Source of the DNA: Clostridiales bacterium
Lineage (GTDB): Bacteria; Bacillota; Clostridia; Lachnospirales; Lachnospiraceae
Assembly (NCBI GenBank): GCA_018365455.1
Contig: JAGZJZ010000008.1
Location: forward strand, 21,366 to 85,365
Direction: 5' to 3'
Length of the DNA stretch: 64,000 bases
The stretch's first letter is position 1. Each line of letters starts with the position of its first letter. A program made the position numbers and the translations under genes. Under the pieces are notes generated by a model. The model did not search any database. It saw nothing but the letters and a program-made list of their open reading frames with translations, and was not told the DNA's origin. Shown in pieces: positions 1-10,259 of this stretch.

Positions 1-183
1 ATTGTCAGAAAGCAGTAAAATAAAGTAAAGAAAAATGCAGAGTAAAATATGGAACGCAGCAGCATTTTAATGGATTATAACACATTGTTATATTCAAATT
101 TTAATTGATCAAAATAAATTAAAAGTTAAATGCAATAAAAATTCAAATAAAATACATCAATCATATGAAGGAGATACACAGAA

Positions 184-1278
184 ATGAATAACTATAAATT
201 ATTAACACCGGGACCATTAACAACAACAGAGACAGTGAAAAAGGAAATGATGTTTGACCATTGTACCTGGGATGACGATTACAAACAGATTACATTAAAG
301 ATCAGAAAACAACTGCTTGAACTGGCACATGTATCCGAAGATGACTACACGGTAGTACTGATGCAGGGCAGCGGAACATTCGGAGTGGAATCTGTCCTTA
401 CCAGCGTAATCGGGGATGGGGAAAAATTGTTAATTGCATCCAATGGAGCATATGGCGAACGTATGGGAGACATTGTCAGTCATGCAAAAATCCCTTATAC
501 TTTATACCAGCAGGATTATGACAAGGTACCGGATGCTGAAAAAATAGCGGAATTGCTGGATGCTGATCCTCAGATCACACATGTGTCTATGGTACACAGT
601 GAAACAACTTCCGGCATCTTAAATGATATCCAGGCAGTTGCAAAGGTTGTAAAAGAAAGAGGACGTACCTTTATCGTAGATGCAATGAGCAGCTTTGGAG
701 GCGTGGAAATACCGGTTGGTGAATGGGGTATAGATTTCATCGTGAGCAGTGCCAATAAATGTATCCAGGGAGTTCCGGGATTCTCCTTTATTATAGCCAA
801 TAAAGCGAAATTGATGGAAAGTAAGGGCAAGGCAAGAAGCCTGTCACTGGATTTATATGATCAGTGGGAGACAATGAACAAGGATGGAAAATGGAGATTT
901 ACATCCCCGACCCATGTGGTTCTGGCATTTTCAAAAGCATTAGACGAACTTCATATAGAAGGCGGAATCGAAGCCAGAAGCAAACGTTACTATGACAATA
1001 ACAGACTCTTGATTGAAAAATTAGAAAAAATGGGGGTTCGCCCATATATCGGAGGAGCGCTTCAGGGACCGATTATCACAACCTTCTTCTATCCGGATCA
1101 GCATAAATTCTCTTTTGAGGAAATGTACCTCTATATCAAGGAAAGAGGTTATGCCATTTATCCTGGAAAAGTAACAGAAGCAGATACCTTCCGCATCGGC
1201 AACATCGGAGAGATCTACAGAGAAGATATCGAAAAGTTATGTGAGATTATGGAAGCTTTCTTCGGACAGTACAAATAA
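184..1278 (+). CDS. phnW: 2-aminoethylphosphonate--pyruvate transaminase (class V aminotransferase)
   Basis: 364 aa. The N-terminus 'LLTPGPL', the PLP-lysine context 'SSANKCIQG' and the overall architecture match PhnW. The gene lies directly upstream of phnX. Confidence 0.85.
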   Translation: MNNYKLLTPGPLTTTETVKKEMMFDHCTWDDDYKQITLKIRKQLLELAHVSEDDYTVVLMQGSGTFGVESVLTSVIGDGEKLLIASNGAYGERMGDIVSHAKIPYTLYQQDYDKVPDAEKIAELLDADPQITHVSMVHSETTSGILNDIQAVAKVVKERGRTFIVDAMSSFGGVEIPVGEWGIDFIVSSANKCIQGVPGFSFIIANKAKLMESKGKARSLSLDLYDQWETMNKDGKWRFTSPTHVVLAFSKALDELHIEGGIEARSKRYYDNNRLLIEKLEKMGVRPYIGGALQGPIITTFFYPDQHKFSFEEMYLYIKERGYAIYPGKVTEADTFRIGNIGEIYREDIEKLCEIMEAFFGQYK

Positions 1279-1456
1279 GATGTAACAGTTCAGACAGCAT
1301 AAACTGTTACACATCCAGCCCATTGAAATTCGCCTTCGGCGAAGGACTGGATGTCTGCAGGCTCTAGGTTTTCGTACGGTATGCGCAGTAAATGCGCATA
1401 CCTGTCTGAACTGTTACAATAGGATACCATGCAGTAAAAGAAAAGGAGATCAGAAC

Positions 1457-2224
1457 ATGAATAAGATAGAAGCAGTTATTTTCGATTGGGCAGGCACCAC
1501 CGTAGATTATGGATGTTTTGCACCGGTGCAGGCATTTGTAGAAGTATTTAAGCACTTTGGGATAGAACCGACTATGGAAGAAGTAAGAAAGCCCATGGGT
1601 ATGCTGAAAAGAGACCATATCCGTACCATGCTTGCAATGCCCCGTATACAGAAATTGTGGGTTGAGAAGTATCAGGCTCCATCCGGGGAAAGTGATGTGG
1701 AAAAGCTCTATGAGTTATTCGAGAGTAAATTAATGGGAATTCTGGATGGTTTTGCACAGCCCAAGCCTTATGTACTGGAAACAGTAGAAAAACTAAGAGA
1801 AAAAGGAATCAAAATCGGATCAACAACGGGCTATACCGATATGATGATGGACATCGTCACCAAAAAGGCAAAGGAAGCCGGATATGAACCGGATGCATGG
1901 TTCAGCCCTGACTCTGTAGGCAGCATGGGACGTCCATACCCATTCATGATCTTCAAAAATATGGAGACCCTTAAAATATTATCTGTTCAAAGCGTAATAA
2001 AGGCAGGAGACACCGTATCGGACATAAAAGAAGGAAAAAATGCCGGAGTATATACTGTGGGCATCCTGGAAGGCAGTTCCGAAATGGCACTTACCCAGGA
2101 GGAATATGAAGAACTGTCCGAAGAAGAAAAACAGGTGGAACTGGACAGGGTAAGCAGAATTTATGAAGACGCAGGTGCAGACTGTGTGATAAAGGATGTC
2201 CGGGGGATTTTAGAATTAATCTAA
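1457..2224 (+). CDS. phnX: phosphonoacetaldehyde hydrolase (phosphonatase), HAD family
   Basis: 255 aa. HAD motif I 'VIFDWAGTTVDYG' and the PhnX-type N-terminus are present. The gene is paired with phnW. RBS 'aaaaggaga' precedes the ATG. Confidence 0.85.
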   Translation: MNKIEAVIFDWAGTTVDYGCFAPVQAFVEVFKHFGIEPTMEEVRKPMGMLKRDHIRTMLAMPRIQKLWVEKYQAPSGESDVEKLYELFESKLMGILDGFAQPKPYVLETVEKLREKGIKIGSTTGYTDMMMDIVTKKAKEAGYEPDAWFSPDSVGSMGRPYPFMIFKNMETLKILSVQSVIKAGDTVSDIKEGKNAGVYTVGILEGSSEMALTQEEYEELSEEEKQVELDRVSRIYEDAGADCVIKDVRGILELI

Positions 2225-2264
2225 TACTCCATCCAGACAACAAAAAAACCTTGAAACCGACACT

Positions 2265-2543
2265 ATGAGATTACTGCTGGAACAAAAATCCAAAGATGAT
2301 ATCCTGAAAGAGACAGGTCTGACGGATGAGCAGTTAAAGGCATTGATTCAGGGAAATAAGGTATTGAGATTAGAGATCGTCGGAAAGATCCCGAAAAAAG
2401 ATCTTGACATCTCCAGCAAAAAATGTTATGTTGATTTTAGTTATACGACTGACGGAAGTGGAATTAACCACGTGAAGTATAATGATAATGAGCCGACCGT
2501 CTGGGCAGAGAGCCCGGGTAGTAGGCTCTTTTTTATCAAATAA
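2265..2543 (+). CDS. hypothetical protein
   Basis: 92-aa ORF between phnX and the purH-like gene. No recognizable domain and a weak RBS. Confidence 0.3.
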   Translation: MRLLLEQKSKDDILKETGLTDEQLKALIQGNKVLRLEIVGKIPKKDLDISSKKCYVDFSYTTDGSGINHVKYNDNEPTVWAESPGSRLFFIK

Positions 2544-2572
2544 ACCATTAGCAAGTTAAAAGGAGTGTAACA

Positions 2573-3751
2573 GTGATGAAAGAATTCGAATTGAAGTACG
2601 GTTGTAACCCAAATCAGAAACCAGCTAAGATTTTTATGAAAGACGGAGAACTCCCAATCAAGATTTTAAACGGCAGACCAGGTTACATAAATCTTATGGA
2701 TGCTTTTAACAGCTGGCAGTTAGTCAAGGAATTAAAGGCCGCAACAGGCATGGTAGCAGCAGCTTCTTTCAAGCATGTAAGTCCGGCAGGTGCAGCTGTA
2801 GCAGAACCTCTTGATGAAACAATGAAAAAGATCTATTTTGTTGAAGGCTGCCCGTTAACAGATGCTTCCACTGCATATATCCGTGCAAGGGGGGCAGACA
2901 GAATGTCTTCTTATGGTGATTTCGCAGCACTGTCAGACGAGTGTGATGAAGCGACTGCATTATATATTAAACGAGAAGTTTCGGATGGTATTATAGCACC
3001 TTCTTATTCTGAAAAAGCTTTGGAAATCCTGAAAGCGAAAAAGGGCGGAAATTACGTTGTGATCCAGATGGATCCGGATTACGTACCGGCTGTACAGGAA
3101 ACAAAAGACATCTTTGGAATCACATTTGAGCAGGGAAGAAATAATATTGTAATTAATAAAGAAATGCTTCAGCAGAATATCCCCACTCAGGTTAAAGATA
3201 TGCCGGAAGCAGCAAAAAGAGATTTATTAATATCACTGATTACATTAAAATATACACAGTCTAATTCAGTATGCTACGTAAAAGACGGACAGGCAATCGG
3301 AGTCGGTGCCGGACAGCAGTCCAGAGTACACTGTACGAGACTTGCAGGTAATAAAGCAGACGTATGGTATTTAAGACAGCATGCAAAAGTATTGAATCTT
3401 CCATTTAAAGAAGGCGTAAGAAGAGCCGACAGAGATAATGCAATAGATGTCTATGTATCAGACGATTATGATGATGTATTGCGTGACGGTATGTGGGAAG
3501 CAGTATTTACCGTGAAACCGGAACCATTGACAAAAGAAGAAAAAGTGGAATGGCTGAAGACAATGGACAATGTAGCACTTGGGTCCGATGCATTCTTCCC
3601 ATTTGGTGATAATATTGAGAGAGCACACAAGAGCGGTGTTAAGTTTGTAGCACAGGCTGGGGGTTCTGTAAGAGATGACAATGTAATTGAGACCTGTGAT
3701 AAATATGGTATTGCCATGGCAATGACAGGGGTACGTTTTTTCCATCACTAA
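2573..3751 (+). CDS. phosphoribosylaminoimidazolecarboxamide formyltransferase (AICARFT-domain, PurH-like, lacking MGS/IMPCH domain)
   Basis: 392 aa. 'LKYGCNPNQ' (cf. PurH 'LKYGENPHQ'), 'FKHVSPAGAAV' and a conserved C-terminal region are present. Short-form AICAR transformylase. Confidence 0.8.
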   Translation: MMKEFELKYGCNPNQKPAKIFMKDGELPIKILNGRPGYINLMDAFNSWQLVKELKAATGMVAAASFKHVSPAGAAVAEPLDETMKKIYFVEGCPLTDASTAYIRARGADRMSSYGDFAALSDECDEATALYIKREVSDGIIAPSYSEKALEILKAKKGGNYVVIQMDPDYVPAVQETKDIFGITFEQGRNNIVINKEMLQQNIPTQVKDMPEAAKRDLLISLITLKYTQSNSVCYVKDGQAIGVGAGQQSRVHCTRLAGNKADVWYLRQHAKVLNLPFKEGVRRADRDNAIDVYVSDDYDDVLRDGMWEAVFTVKPEPLTKEEKVEWLKTMDNVALGSDAFFPFGDNIERAHKSGVKFVAQAGGSVRDDNVIETCDKYGIAMAMTGVRFFHH

Positions 3752-3773
3752 AACAGTTATTAAAATGTAAAAT

Positions 3774-3817
3774 TGCCGTTGTGCTGCATTTGATTCTTGC
3801 CGGCACAGCGGTTTTTT
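3774..3817 (+). terminator. rho-independent terminator (stem ccgttgtgc/gcacagcgg followed by T-run)
   Basis: GC-rich imperfect hairpin followed by TTTTTT, immediately after the stop of the purH-like gene. Confidence 0.5.
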
Positions 3818-3980
3818 GCGACTTTATTTAGATTTTAAAAAAGGATTGCGAATTTTCTGTAAATCCTTTAATATAATCTATATACCGATAAGGTTTTTAT
3901 TATTTAGAGTACATAGGGAGTAATTTCAACTGGGTAAGTTCGCCGGTTGGCATCCAAGTATGTTTGAAGGAGGAAAAAGT

Positions 3981-4865
3981 ATGAAGAAGATTTTATGGAA
4001 ACGGGGATGTGTTATCCTGGGAGGTGGCATTCTGGCATTGAGTATGGCTGGATGCGGTAAGGTAACTTCCGAGACGCTATTGAAGTCCATGTCTGAAAAT
4101 ATGTCAAAAGAAGATAATTACAAGATGGATATGGTGATGGATCTGCAGGCGGGCGGAACCGTTCAGGGAATAACTGTAGATATGAAAATGAATATGGATA
4201 TGGGGATGAAAATAAACACCAATCCTCAGGTGATATTTGGGGAAGGAGCAATAACTTTGGATATGCTGGGCATGAATCAGAAAATGAACATGCAGATGTA
4301 TACAACGAAGGATGGAGATCAGACTGTTTCCTATTCAAAATTAGATGAGGGTGAATGGCAGAAAGAGGTCAGCGGTGATATTGATGAGATGATCAAATCT
4401 TATGATTTTGAAGCAGTACAGGAATTAGCCGGTAACCTGGAACTGGCAGAGAAAACAGAAGAAGTTGACGGCGTAGAATGCTATGCACTGAAGGGTACCT
4501 TAGATGGAGAAGCATTAGAAGCGATGTTAAAATCTGCATTAAGTATCATGGATAACTCCACGAATTTAATGGGAGAAGCGGATTGGACTAAAATGGAACT
4601 TCCCGTTGAAATCTATATATCCAAAAAAGAAAAGAAGCCGGTGAAAATGAGTCTGGATATGAAATCCATGATGCTGGAATCTATGAAAGGTGCCGAAACC
4701 GGTGAAGTGGATGTAGATTTTAAATGCGATAAATGTACGTTTGACTTAAAGTTTGGATCTTTTGGAGAAGTAGAAAAAATCACAGTACCGGAAGATGTAG
4801 TCAATACAGCCGTAGAAAAAGAAGCGGCTCCGGATACAGAAAAAGAAACGGATCTGGTAGCATAA
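3981..4865 (+). CDS. Met-rich lipoprotein, function unknown
   Basis: Signal peptide with lipobox 'LSMAGCG'. RBS 'aggagga' sits before the ATG at 3981 (the ORF track starts at 3960). The mature part is unusually Met-rich with repeated 'M(N/D)M' motifs. Confidence 0.6.
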   Translation: MKKILWKRGCVILGGGILALSMAGCGKVTSETLLKSMSENMSKEDNYKMDMVMDLQAGGTVQGITVDMKMNMDMGMKINTNPQVIFGEGAITLDMLGMNQKMNMQMYTTKDGDQTVSYSKLDEGEWQKEVSGDIDEMIKSYDFEAVQELAGNLELAEKTEEVDGVECYALKGTLDGEALEAMLKSALSIMDNSTNLMGEADWTKMELPVEIYISKKEKKPVKMSLDMKSMMLESMKGAETGEVDVDFKCDKCTFDLKFGSFGEVEKITVPEDVVNTAVEKEAAPDTEKETDLVA

Positions 4866-4981
4866 GAGTGGTAATTGTTTTATATATTTAAAAGGGTAAA
4901 TCAAAATGGACCAGGAGTCATCTCTCCCGGCCCATTTTTTTGCGCTAAAAAGATTTGTGAATCAATGGATCGTGTATGTAA

Positions 4982-5212
4982 TTATGCTGCAATATAAGGC
5001 CCCATGATCCGTTCTGCTAAAAAAGGATTGTTTGTATTAATAGCGAGCTTGAGAGACCGGTTGATATCCAGGCTGAATACCCCCAGTAGAGATTTTGCAT
5101 CGACGGTTGCCCGTCCGCAGATTAAGTCTGCATCACAGTCCAGTTGATTGCATTTTTTTACAAATTCATAGATGTCTTCAAAAGATTTCAGTTTAATGGT
5201 GTAGTTAACCAT
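4982..5212 (-). CDS. HPr-family phosphocarrier-like protein (divergent, no His15 equivalent)
   Basis: 76 aa. The central 'VDAKSLLGVFSL' matches the HPr 'VNLKSIMGVMSLG' region, but no N-terminal active-site His context is present. Confidence 0.45.
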   Translation of the reverse strand: MVNYTIKLKSFEDIYEFVKKCNQLDCDADLICGRATVDAKSLLGVFSLDINRSLKLAINTNNPFLAERIMGPYIAA

Positions 5213-5540
5213 AGCGCCCTTCCTTTCTAAAATGTGAGTGTTTTTGTATGCTGTCTGTGTTCTTTTTATTCATATTACTAGAATTCTGTCAACACAGCAT
5301 GATACCTCCGTAAAGTATATGTAAAATATTTTTGAAATAGAACACTTTTTGAAAAATTTATGAAAAAATTTATGAAAACATACTAAAACCGGAAACTGGA
5401 AAACTATTGTAGTAAAAGTATAGCGCTGGTTTACTTTACAGCTTAAAGTTAACGGTGCTTCGCTTGCCAATTGTTCATGAAACATATACAATAGCGATAA
5501 CAAAAGAAATGTTTAATATTAAGAAAGGTAAGGGAAGATT

Positions 5541-6281
5541 ATGGTTAATAACAAACAGGCAATAGAGGTTTTAAAAATACAGGATTTAACAAAGATATAT
5601 GGTAATAACAAGAAAGCAGTGGATCATTTATCACTGGAGGTACAGGCGGGTGATATTTATGGATTTATCGGGCACAACGGTGCCGGAAAGACGACTACCA
5701 TTCGTTCTGTCGTAGGAGTTATGGAGTTTGACAGCGGAGAAATCCGGATCGGCGGGCATTCTGTAAAAAAGGAACCCATAAAGTGCAAAGAAATGACCGC
5801 ATATATTCCGGATAATCCGGATCTGTATGAATATCTGACAGGGATACAATATTTGAATTACATAGGAGACATGTTCCAGGTATCGGGAGGGGAGCGGGAG
5901 AAGCGTATCCGAAAATATGGTGATCTGTTAGGGATTACGAAAAATCTGGGTGACCTGGTATCGTCCTATTCTCATGGTATGAAACAAAAGCTGGCAATTA
6001 TTTCGGCATTTATCCATCAGCCAAAGCTGCTGGTTCTGGATGAGCCATTTGTTGGGCTGGATCCCGAAGCAGCCTTTAACCTGAAGAAGATGATGCATGA
6101 ATTATGCGATAACGGCGGTGCAATTTTCTTTTCTACCCATGTGCTGGATGTGGCTGAAAAACTTTGCAATAAAATAGCGATCATCAAAGCAGGTAAATTA
6201 ATCGCCAGCGGAAAGACTGAAGATGTCAGAGGGAACAGCAGCTTAGAAGAAGTATTTTTGGAGGTGGCAGCACATGACTAA
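5541..6281 (+). CDS. ABC transporter ATP-binding protein
   Basis: Walker A 'GHNGAGKTTT', signature 'SHGMKQKL' and Walker B 'LLVLDEP'. Confidence 0.85.
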   Translation: MVNNKQAIEVLKIQDLTKIYGNNKKAVDHLSLEVQAGDIYGFIGHNGAGKTTTIRSVVGVMEFDSGEIRIGGHSVKKEPIKCKEMTAYIPDNPDLYEYLTGIQYLNYIGDMFQVSGGEREKRIRKYGDLLGITKNLGDLVSSYSHGMKQKLAIISAFIHQPKLLVLDEPFVGLDPEAAFNLKKMMHELCDNGGAIFFSTHVLDVAEKLCNKIAIIKAGKLIASGKTEDVRGNSSLEEVFLEVAAHD

Positions 6282-7842
6282 ATTTATGGGACTGTTAAAG
6301 GTGCAGATGTATGGATCATTTGGTGTGAATAAATTGTTGCACGCCAGAGATAAAAAAGAAAAGAGAAGAGCTGTTGGTGTTCTAAGTATAGCTGTAATAT
6401 TGATTATATTGATGTTTGGCTACAGTACAGGGCTGGCAATTGGGTACCGGGTACTGGGACTCACTGAGATGCTGCCAGCAATGATGCTGATGATCGTTGC
6501 ACTGGTGACGATTGTGCTCACTTTTTCCGGAAGTACGGGTATGCTGTTTGGGATGAAGGATTATGACATGGTGATGTCCCTGCCGGTGAGCAGTGCTGCG
6601 ATTATATTGAGCAGACTTCTGTGGACTTATGTATTAAACCTTCTTGTAGGTTGTATTGCACTTTTGCCTTCTATTATCGTATTTGGGGTAACCATGCACA
6701 GCAGTCCAGGCGTCTGGCTGATGATGGTAGTAAGTATATTTTTTGCCCCGATGCTACCAATGACACTAGCTTTGGCATTGGGGGCGCTGATTACAGCAAT
6801 TGCCTCCAGATTCAAATACAAGAATCTGGTTGTGATTATCCTGAGTATTGGGGTTACTTTGGCAGCTATTGCCGGATCATTCAGTCTAAAGGGAGGAGCA
6901 CAGCAGATGGTGGAGATCGGAAAAATGTTATCCGATACCATAAATGGTTTTTATCCGCCTGCCCGCCTTTTTTCCAATGCACTGATCCGGGAAAGCTGGA
7001 CGGATTTTATATTGTTTTTGTTATTGTCGGTCATACCGGTAATACTATTTGTATTACTGCTTGCTGTGTTTTATAAAAAAATAAATTCAGCTATTTTAAA
7101 TCACCATACAAAGGGTAACTATAAGATGGGTGCCCTGAGTGTAAGAACTCCATTTGCAGCGGCATACAGAAGAGAACTGGGAAGATATACTTCATGTAAC
7201 ATTTATATTATGAATACATCCATATCAGCAATCCTGATGGTGGCAATGGGAATTGGAATTTTGTTTATCAAACCGGATCAGATAGATAAAATGTTAGAAA
7301 TGCCGGGAGTGTTTAACAATCTGCAAAAATACGCACCATTTGTAATGATTTTAATTTCTTCCCTGTGCAGTACAACAGCCTCATCTATTTCGCTGGAGGG
7401 AAAAAGCAGATGGATTAATAGTTCCTTGCCGGTTAAAAACAGTGTCATTTATAATAGTAAAATAGCGGTAAACCTGACAGTACTGCTGCCGGCAGTTTTG
7501 GTATCGGGGATTCTGTTTACTATCGCTTTAAAACCGGGATTACTGAATTGCATTTTGATTTTTGCCGCACCTGCAGTGTATGCTTTATTTATTTCTGTAT
7601 TGGGTCTCTATATGAATTTAAAATATCCAAAGTACGACTGGAATAATGAAATCGAAGTCGTAAAACAGTCCATGTCAGTGGGAATTACCATGGGCGCAGG
7701 AGCACTTTCTGCCTTTGTACTTATTGTAGCAGCGGTTGTTTTTAACCAATATATAGAAGTTGTTATAATTGCGGCAACGATTATATTTGGCATCTTTACA
7801 TTTATGATTTACCGTAAAACCGTAACTATCAGGATGCAGTAG
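6274..7842 (+). CDS. ABC transporter permease (ABC-2-like polytopic membrane protein)
   Basis: 522 aa with many hydrophobic segments. Translationally coupled to the ATPase by an 8-nt overlap. Confidence 0.7.
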   Translation: MTKFMGLLKVQMYGSFGVNKLLHARDKKEKRRAVGVLSIAVILIILMFGYSTGLAIGYRVLGLTEMLPAMMLMIVALVTIVLTFSGSTGMLFGMKDYDMVMSLPVSSAAIILSRLLWTYVLNLLVGCIALLPSIIVFGVTMHSSPGVWLMMVVSIFFAPMLPMTLALALGALITAIASRFKYKNLVVIILSIGVTLAAIAGSFSLKGGAQQMVEIGKMLSDTINGFYPPARLFSNALIRESWTDFILFLLLSVIPVILFVLLLAVFYKKINSAILNHHTKGNYKMGALSVRTPFAAAYRRELGRYTSCNIYIMNTSISAILMVAMGIGILFIKPDQIDKMLEMPGVFNNLQKYAPFVMILISSLCSTTASSISLEGKSRWINSSLPVKNSVIYNSKIAVNLTVLLPAVLVSGILFTIALKPGLLNCILIFAAPAVYALFISVLGLYMNLKYPKYDWNNEIEVVKQSMSVGITMGAGALSAFVLIVAAVVFNQYIEVVIIAATIIFGIFTFMIYRKTVTIRMQ

Positions 7843-7951
7843 AGTGAACAGTAGAATAGGAAAGCGTAATTAATCAGCAAACCCTAAATTTATCTGCATA
7901 TTATCCCGCCTTCGGAATAAAATGAAAGTGACTTAATATCCGGAGTCTGCC

Positions 7952-9109
7952 ATGGACAAGAAACGTGAAAAACGTATTATACAAATAGAACTTATTATTT
8001 TAGTACTTTTAACTATTTTTGCTGTTTACAGAGGGGTACATAGTTCACTGTCGAACCACGCCGCAGCGGAAAAGTTAAAGAGTACTGCAACCGCCGGGGA
8101 GCAGGAAACAGGGCAAGGTGAACCAGTAACGGAGAAAGAGGGAGCATCCTCAGGGGAAACCCAAAAAGAGACAGAAAAGAAGTTCATTAAATGGGTAGAT
8201 TTCCATGTGACAAATGAAGCAATGAGGGCTGCTTATCAGATGGATGTAGAGAGTTACGGGCAGGAGGTTCATCTGGACTGGGTGGATCTTCTTGCTTATC
8301 TTGGGACACGGTACGGCGGTGATTTCACACGATATAAAGAAAGAGATCTGCAGGATTTAAAAGAAAAACGGATCACCCAGGGACAGACCATGGATGAACT
8401 GACGAAAGATTTAAAATATTATCCATATTACCGAGAAGCATATGGTGCCGTTCTGGATGGCTGGGTTGGAGAATATGAGATCCAGGTGGAAAAAGAAAAT
8501 AAAGTTGTATGGGAAAAGAAATACGGTTTAAAGGCATATCTCCCAATCGCAAAGGGGTATGAATATTCTGATTATGATGATTTTGGAACATCCAGGTCTT
8601 ATGGCTACAGCCGGCCGCATCTGGGGCATGACATGATGGGCCAGGTTGGTACACCGATTATTGCGGTAGAGTCCGGTTATGTGGAAGCAATAGGCTGGAA
8701 CCAATATGGCGGCTGGCGCCTGGGTATCCGGAGTTTCGATAAAAAGCGTTATTATTACTATGCCCATCTGAGGAAGAACTTTCCTTACAACAAACAGCTG
8801 GAAGTGGGAAGCGTAGTGCAGGCAGGAGATGTCATCGGTTATCTGGGACGTACCGGATACAGCGCCAATGAAAATGTGAATAATATTGATACCTCCCATC
8901 TGCATTGGGGATTGCAGCTGATCTTTGACGAATCCCAAAAGGAAGGGAATGGTGAAATATGGGTAGATTGTTATCAGCTGACCAGATTTCTCTATCAGAA
9001 CCGAAGCCTGACCGAAAAGAATCTGGAGACAAAGGAATATCACAGAATTTATGAATTCAGAGATCCGGCAGCAGAGCAGTATATAGATGCATCGGAAAAA
9101 GGCGATTGA
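7952..9109 (+). CDS. M23 family metallopeptidase (membrane anchored)
   Basis: N-terminal TM segment. M23 motifs 'HLGHDMMG' (HxxxD) and 'SHLHWGLQ' (HxH) are present. Confidence 0.75.
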   Translation: MDKKREKRIIQIELIILVLLTIFAVYRGVHSSLSNHAAAEKLKSTATAGEQETGQGEPVTEKEGASSGETQKETEKKFIKWVDFHVTNEAMRAAYQMDVESYGQEVHLDWVDLLAYLGTRYGGDFTRYKERDLQDLKEKRITQGQTMDELTKDLKYYPYYREAYGAVLDGWVGEYEIQVEKENKVVWEKKYGLKAYLPIAKGYEYSDYDDFGTSRSYGYSRPHLGHDMMGQVGTPIIAVESGYVEAIGWNQYGGWRLGIRSFDKKRYYYYAHLRKNFPYNKQLEVGSVVQAGDVIGYLGRTGYSANENVNNIDTSHLHWGLQLIFDESQKEGNGEIWVDCYQLTRFLYQNRSLTEKNLETKEYHRIYEFRDPAAEQYIDASEKGD

Positions 9110-9132
9110 CATAAGTCCGGAATACTGATATA

Positions 9133-9729
9133 ATGAACAATGTTCAAGATGGAGGTGGGCGTGTGAACCGTGTTGTAACTTCAAAAGAAGAGTTGATTAA
9201 AGCTGCCAGGGAAATTGTGTTTGAAGAAGGGGCCGAAAAATTAAATATACGGTATCTAGCTAAGAAATGCGGCATAGCCACAGGTTCTGTCTACAATTAT
9301 TTCCCATCTAAGTCGGAATTGATATTTTCAGTGGTGGAGGAGTTCTGGAGAAGTGTCTTTCATCAGGATGTATGTAAAATACAGGGTGACATTTCTTTTG
9401 TAGAATTCTTTGAGACTGTTTACCTGAGATTGTGTGCCAACCTTCAGGATTTCCGTTCCATTTTTATGAGCCAGTTTGAAGCAATGAAAAGTTCGGAAAA
9501 AGAAAAGGGCAGGCTGGTGGAACAGAAGTATCTGGAGCATGTGAAAAACGGATTTTTAATGGCTCTTGGACAGGATAAAAAAATACCGGATGACGTATGG
9601 ACAGATACATTTACAAAAGAGAAATTCGTTGCATTTTTATTTAGCAACATGTTTTCCTTGCTTACCGACGAAGAGCGGGACTGCAGTTATTTTAAAGAAG
9701 TCCTGAACAGAATTTTATATGTTACCTGA
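9133..9729 (+). CDS. TetR/AcrR family transcriptional regulator
   Basis: N-terminal HTH 'IRYLAKKCGIATGSVYNYFPSKSEL'. Confidence 0.8.
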   Translation: MNNVQDGGGRVNRVVTSKEELIKAAREIVFEEGAEKLNIRYLAKKCGIATGSVYNYFPSKSELIFSVVEEFWRSVFHQDVCKIQGDISFVEFFETVYLRLCANLQDFRSIFMSQFEAMKSSEKEKGRLVEQKYLEHVKNGFLMALGQDKKIPDDVWTDTFTKEKFVAFLFSNMFSLLTDEERDCSYFKEVLNRILYVT

Positions 9730-9833
9730 TCCACTTTTTCTTAATTTGTAAAGGTGGATTTTCTTAAAAGAAAAATGAACACTGTTCAATAGCGGCAGGG
9801 TTCATCGTTACTTGTACATAAGGAGAAAAATTT

Positions 9834-10259
9834 ATGAAGAAAATGATTAATATTGCTTTTGGTTATGGGATTGCGGCTATGGCGGGAGGTGTTTTCTACC
9901 GGGAATTCACAAAGTTTAACGGTTTTGACGGGCGGACATCCCTGGCTTTCGTACATACCCATTTGTTTCTGCTGGGAATGATAATGTTCCTAATTACCGC
10001 TTTGTTTGTGGGAAATTTAAAGGATTTATGCCGGTCTAAAAAGTGGAAAGCATTTATGGTGATCTACAATATTGGCGTACCGGTCACTGCTTTGATGCTT
10101 CTCACAAGAGGTGTGGTACAGGTACTTGGAATCAAAGCATCTGCGGCACTGGATGCATCCATCTCGGGTATTGCGGGAATCGGGCATATCCTCACAGGGG
10201 TGGGTATTGTTTTATTATTTTTATGTTTAAAGGAGTGTGTGGTAAAAAATGAAAAATAA
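9834..10259 (+). CDS. small 4-TM membrane protein (DUF2871-like)
   Basis: 141 aa. 'FYREFTKFNGFDGRTSLAFVHTHLFLLG' resembles the DUF2871 N-terminus. Sits downstream of the TetR regulator. Confidence 0.5.
   Translation: MKKMINIAFGYGIAAMAGGVFYREFTKFNGFDGRTSLAFVHTHLFLLGMIMFLITALFVGNLKDLCRSKKWKAFMVIYNIGVPVTALMLLTRGVVQVLGIKASAALDASISGIAGIGHILTGVGIVLLFLCLKECVVKNEK

Noticed and set aside
6621-7076. Overlapping ORFs inside the ABC permease gene (6621..7076 +, 6627..6941 -)
   Set aside because: They lie entirely inside a well-supported 522-aa membrane-protein ORF in other frames. They have no RBS and odd composition.
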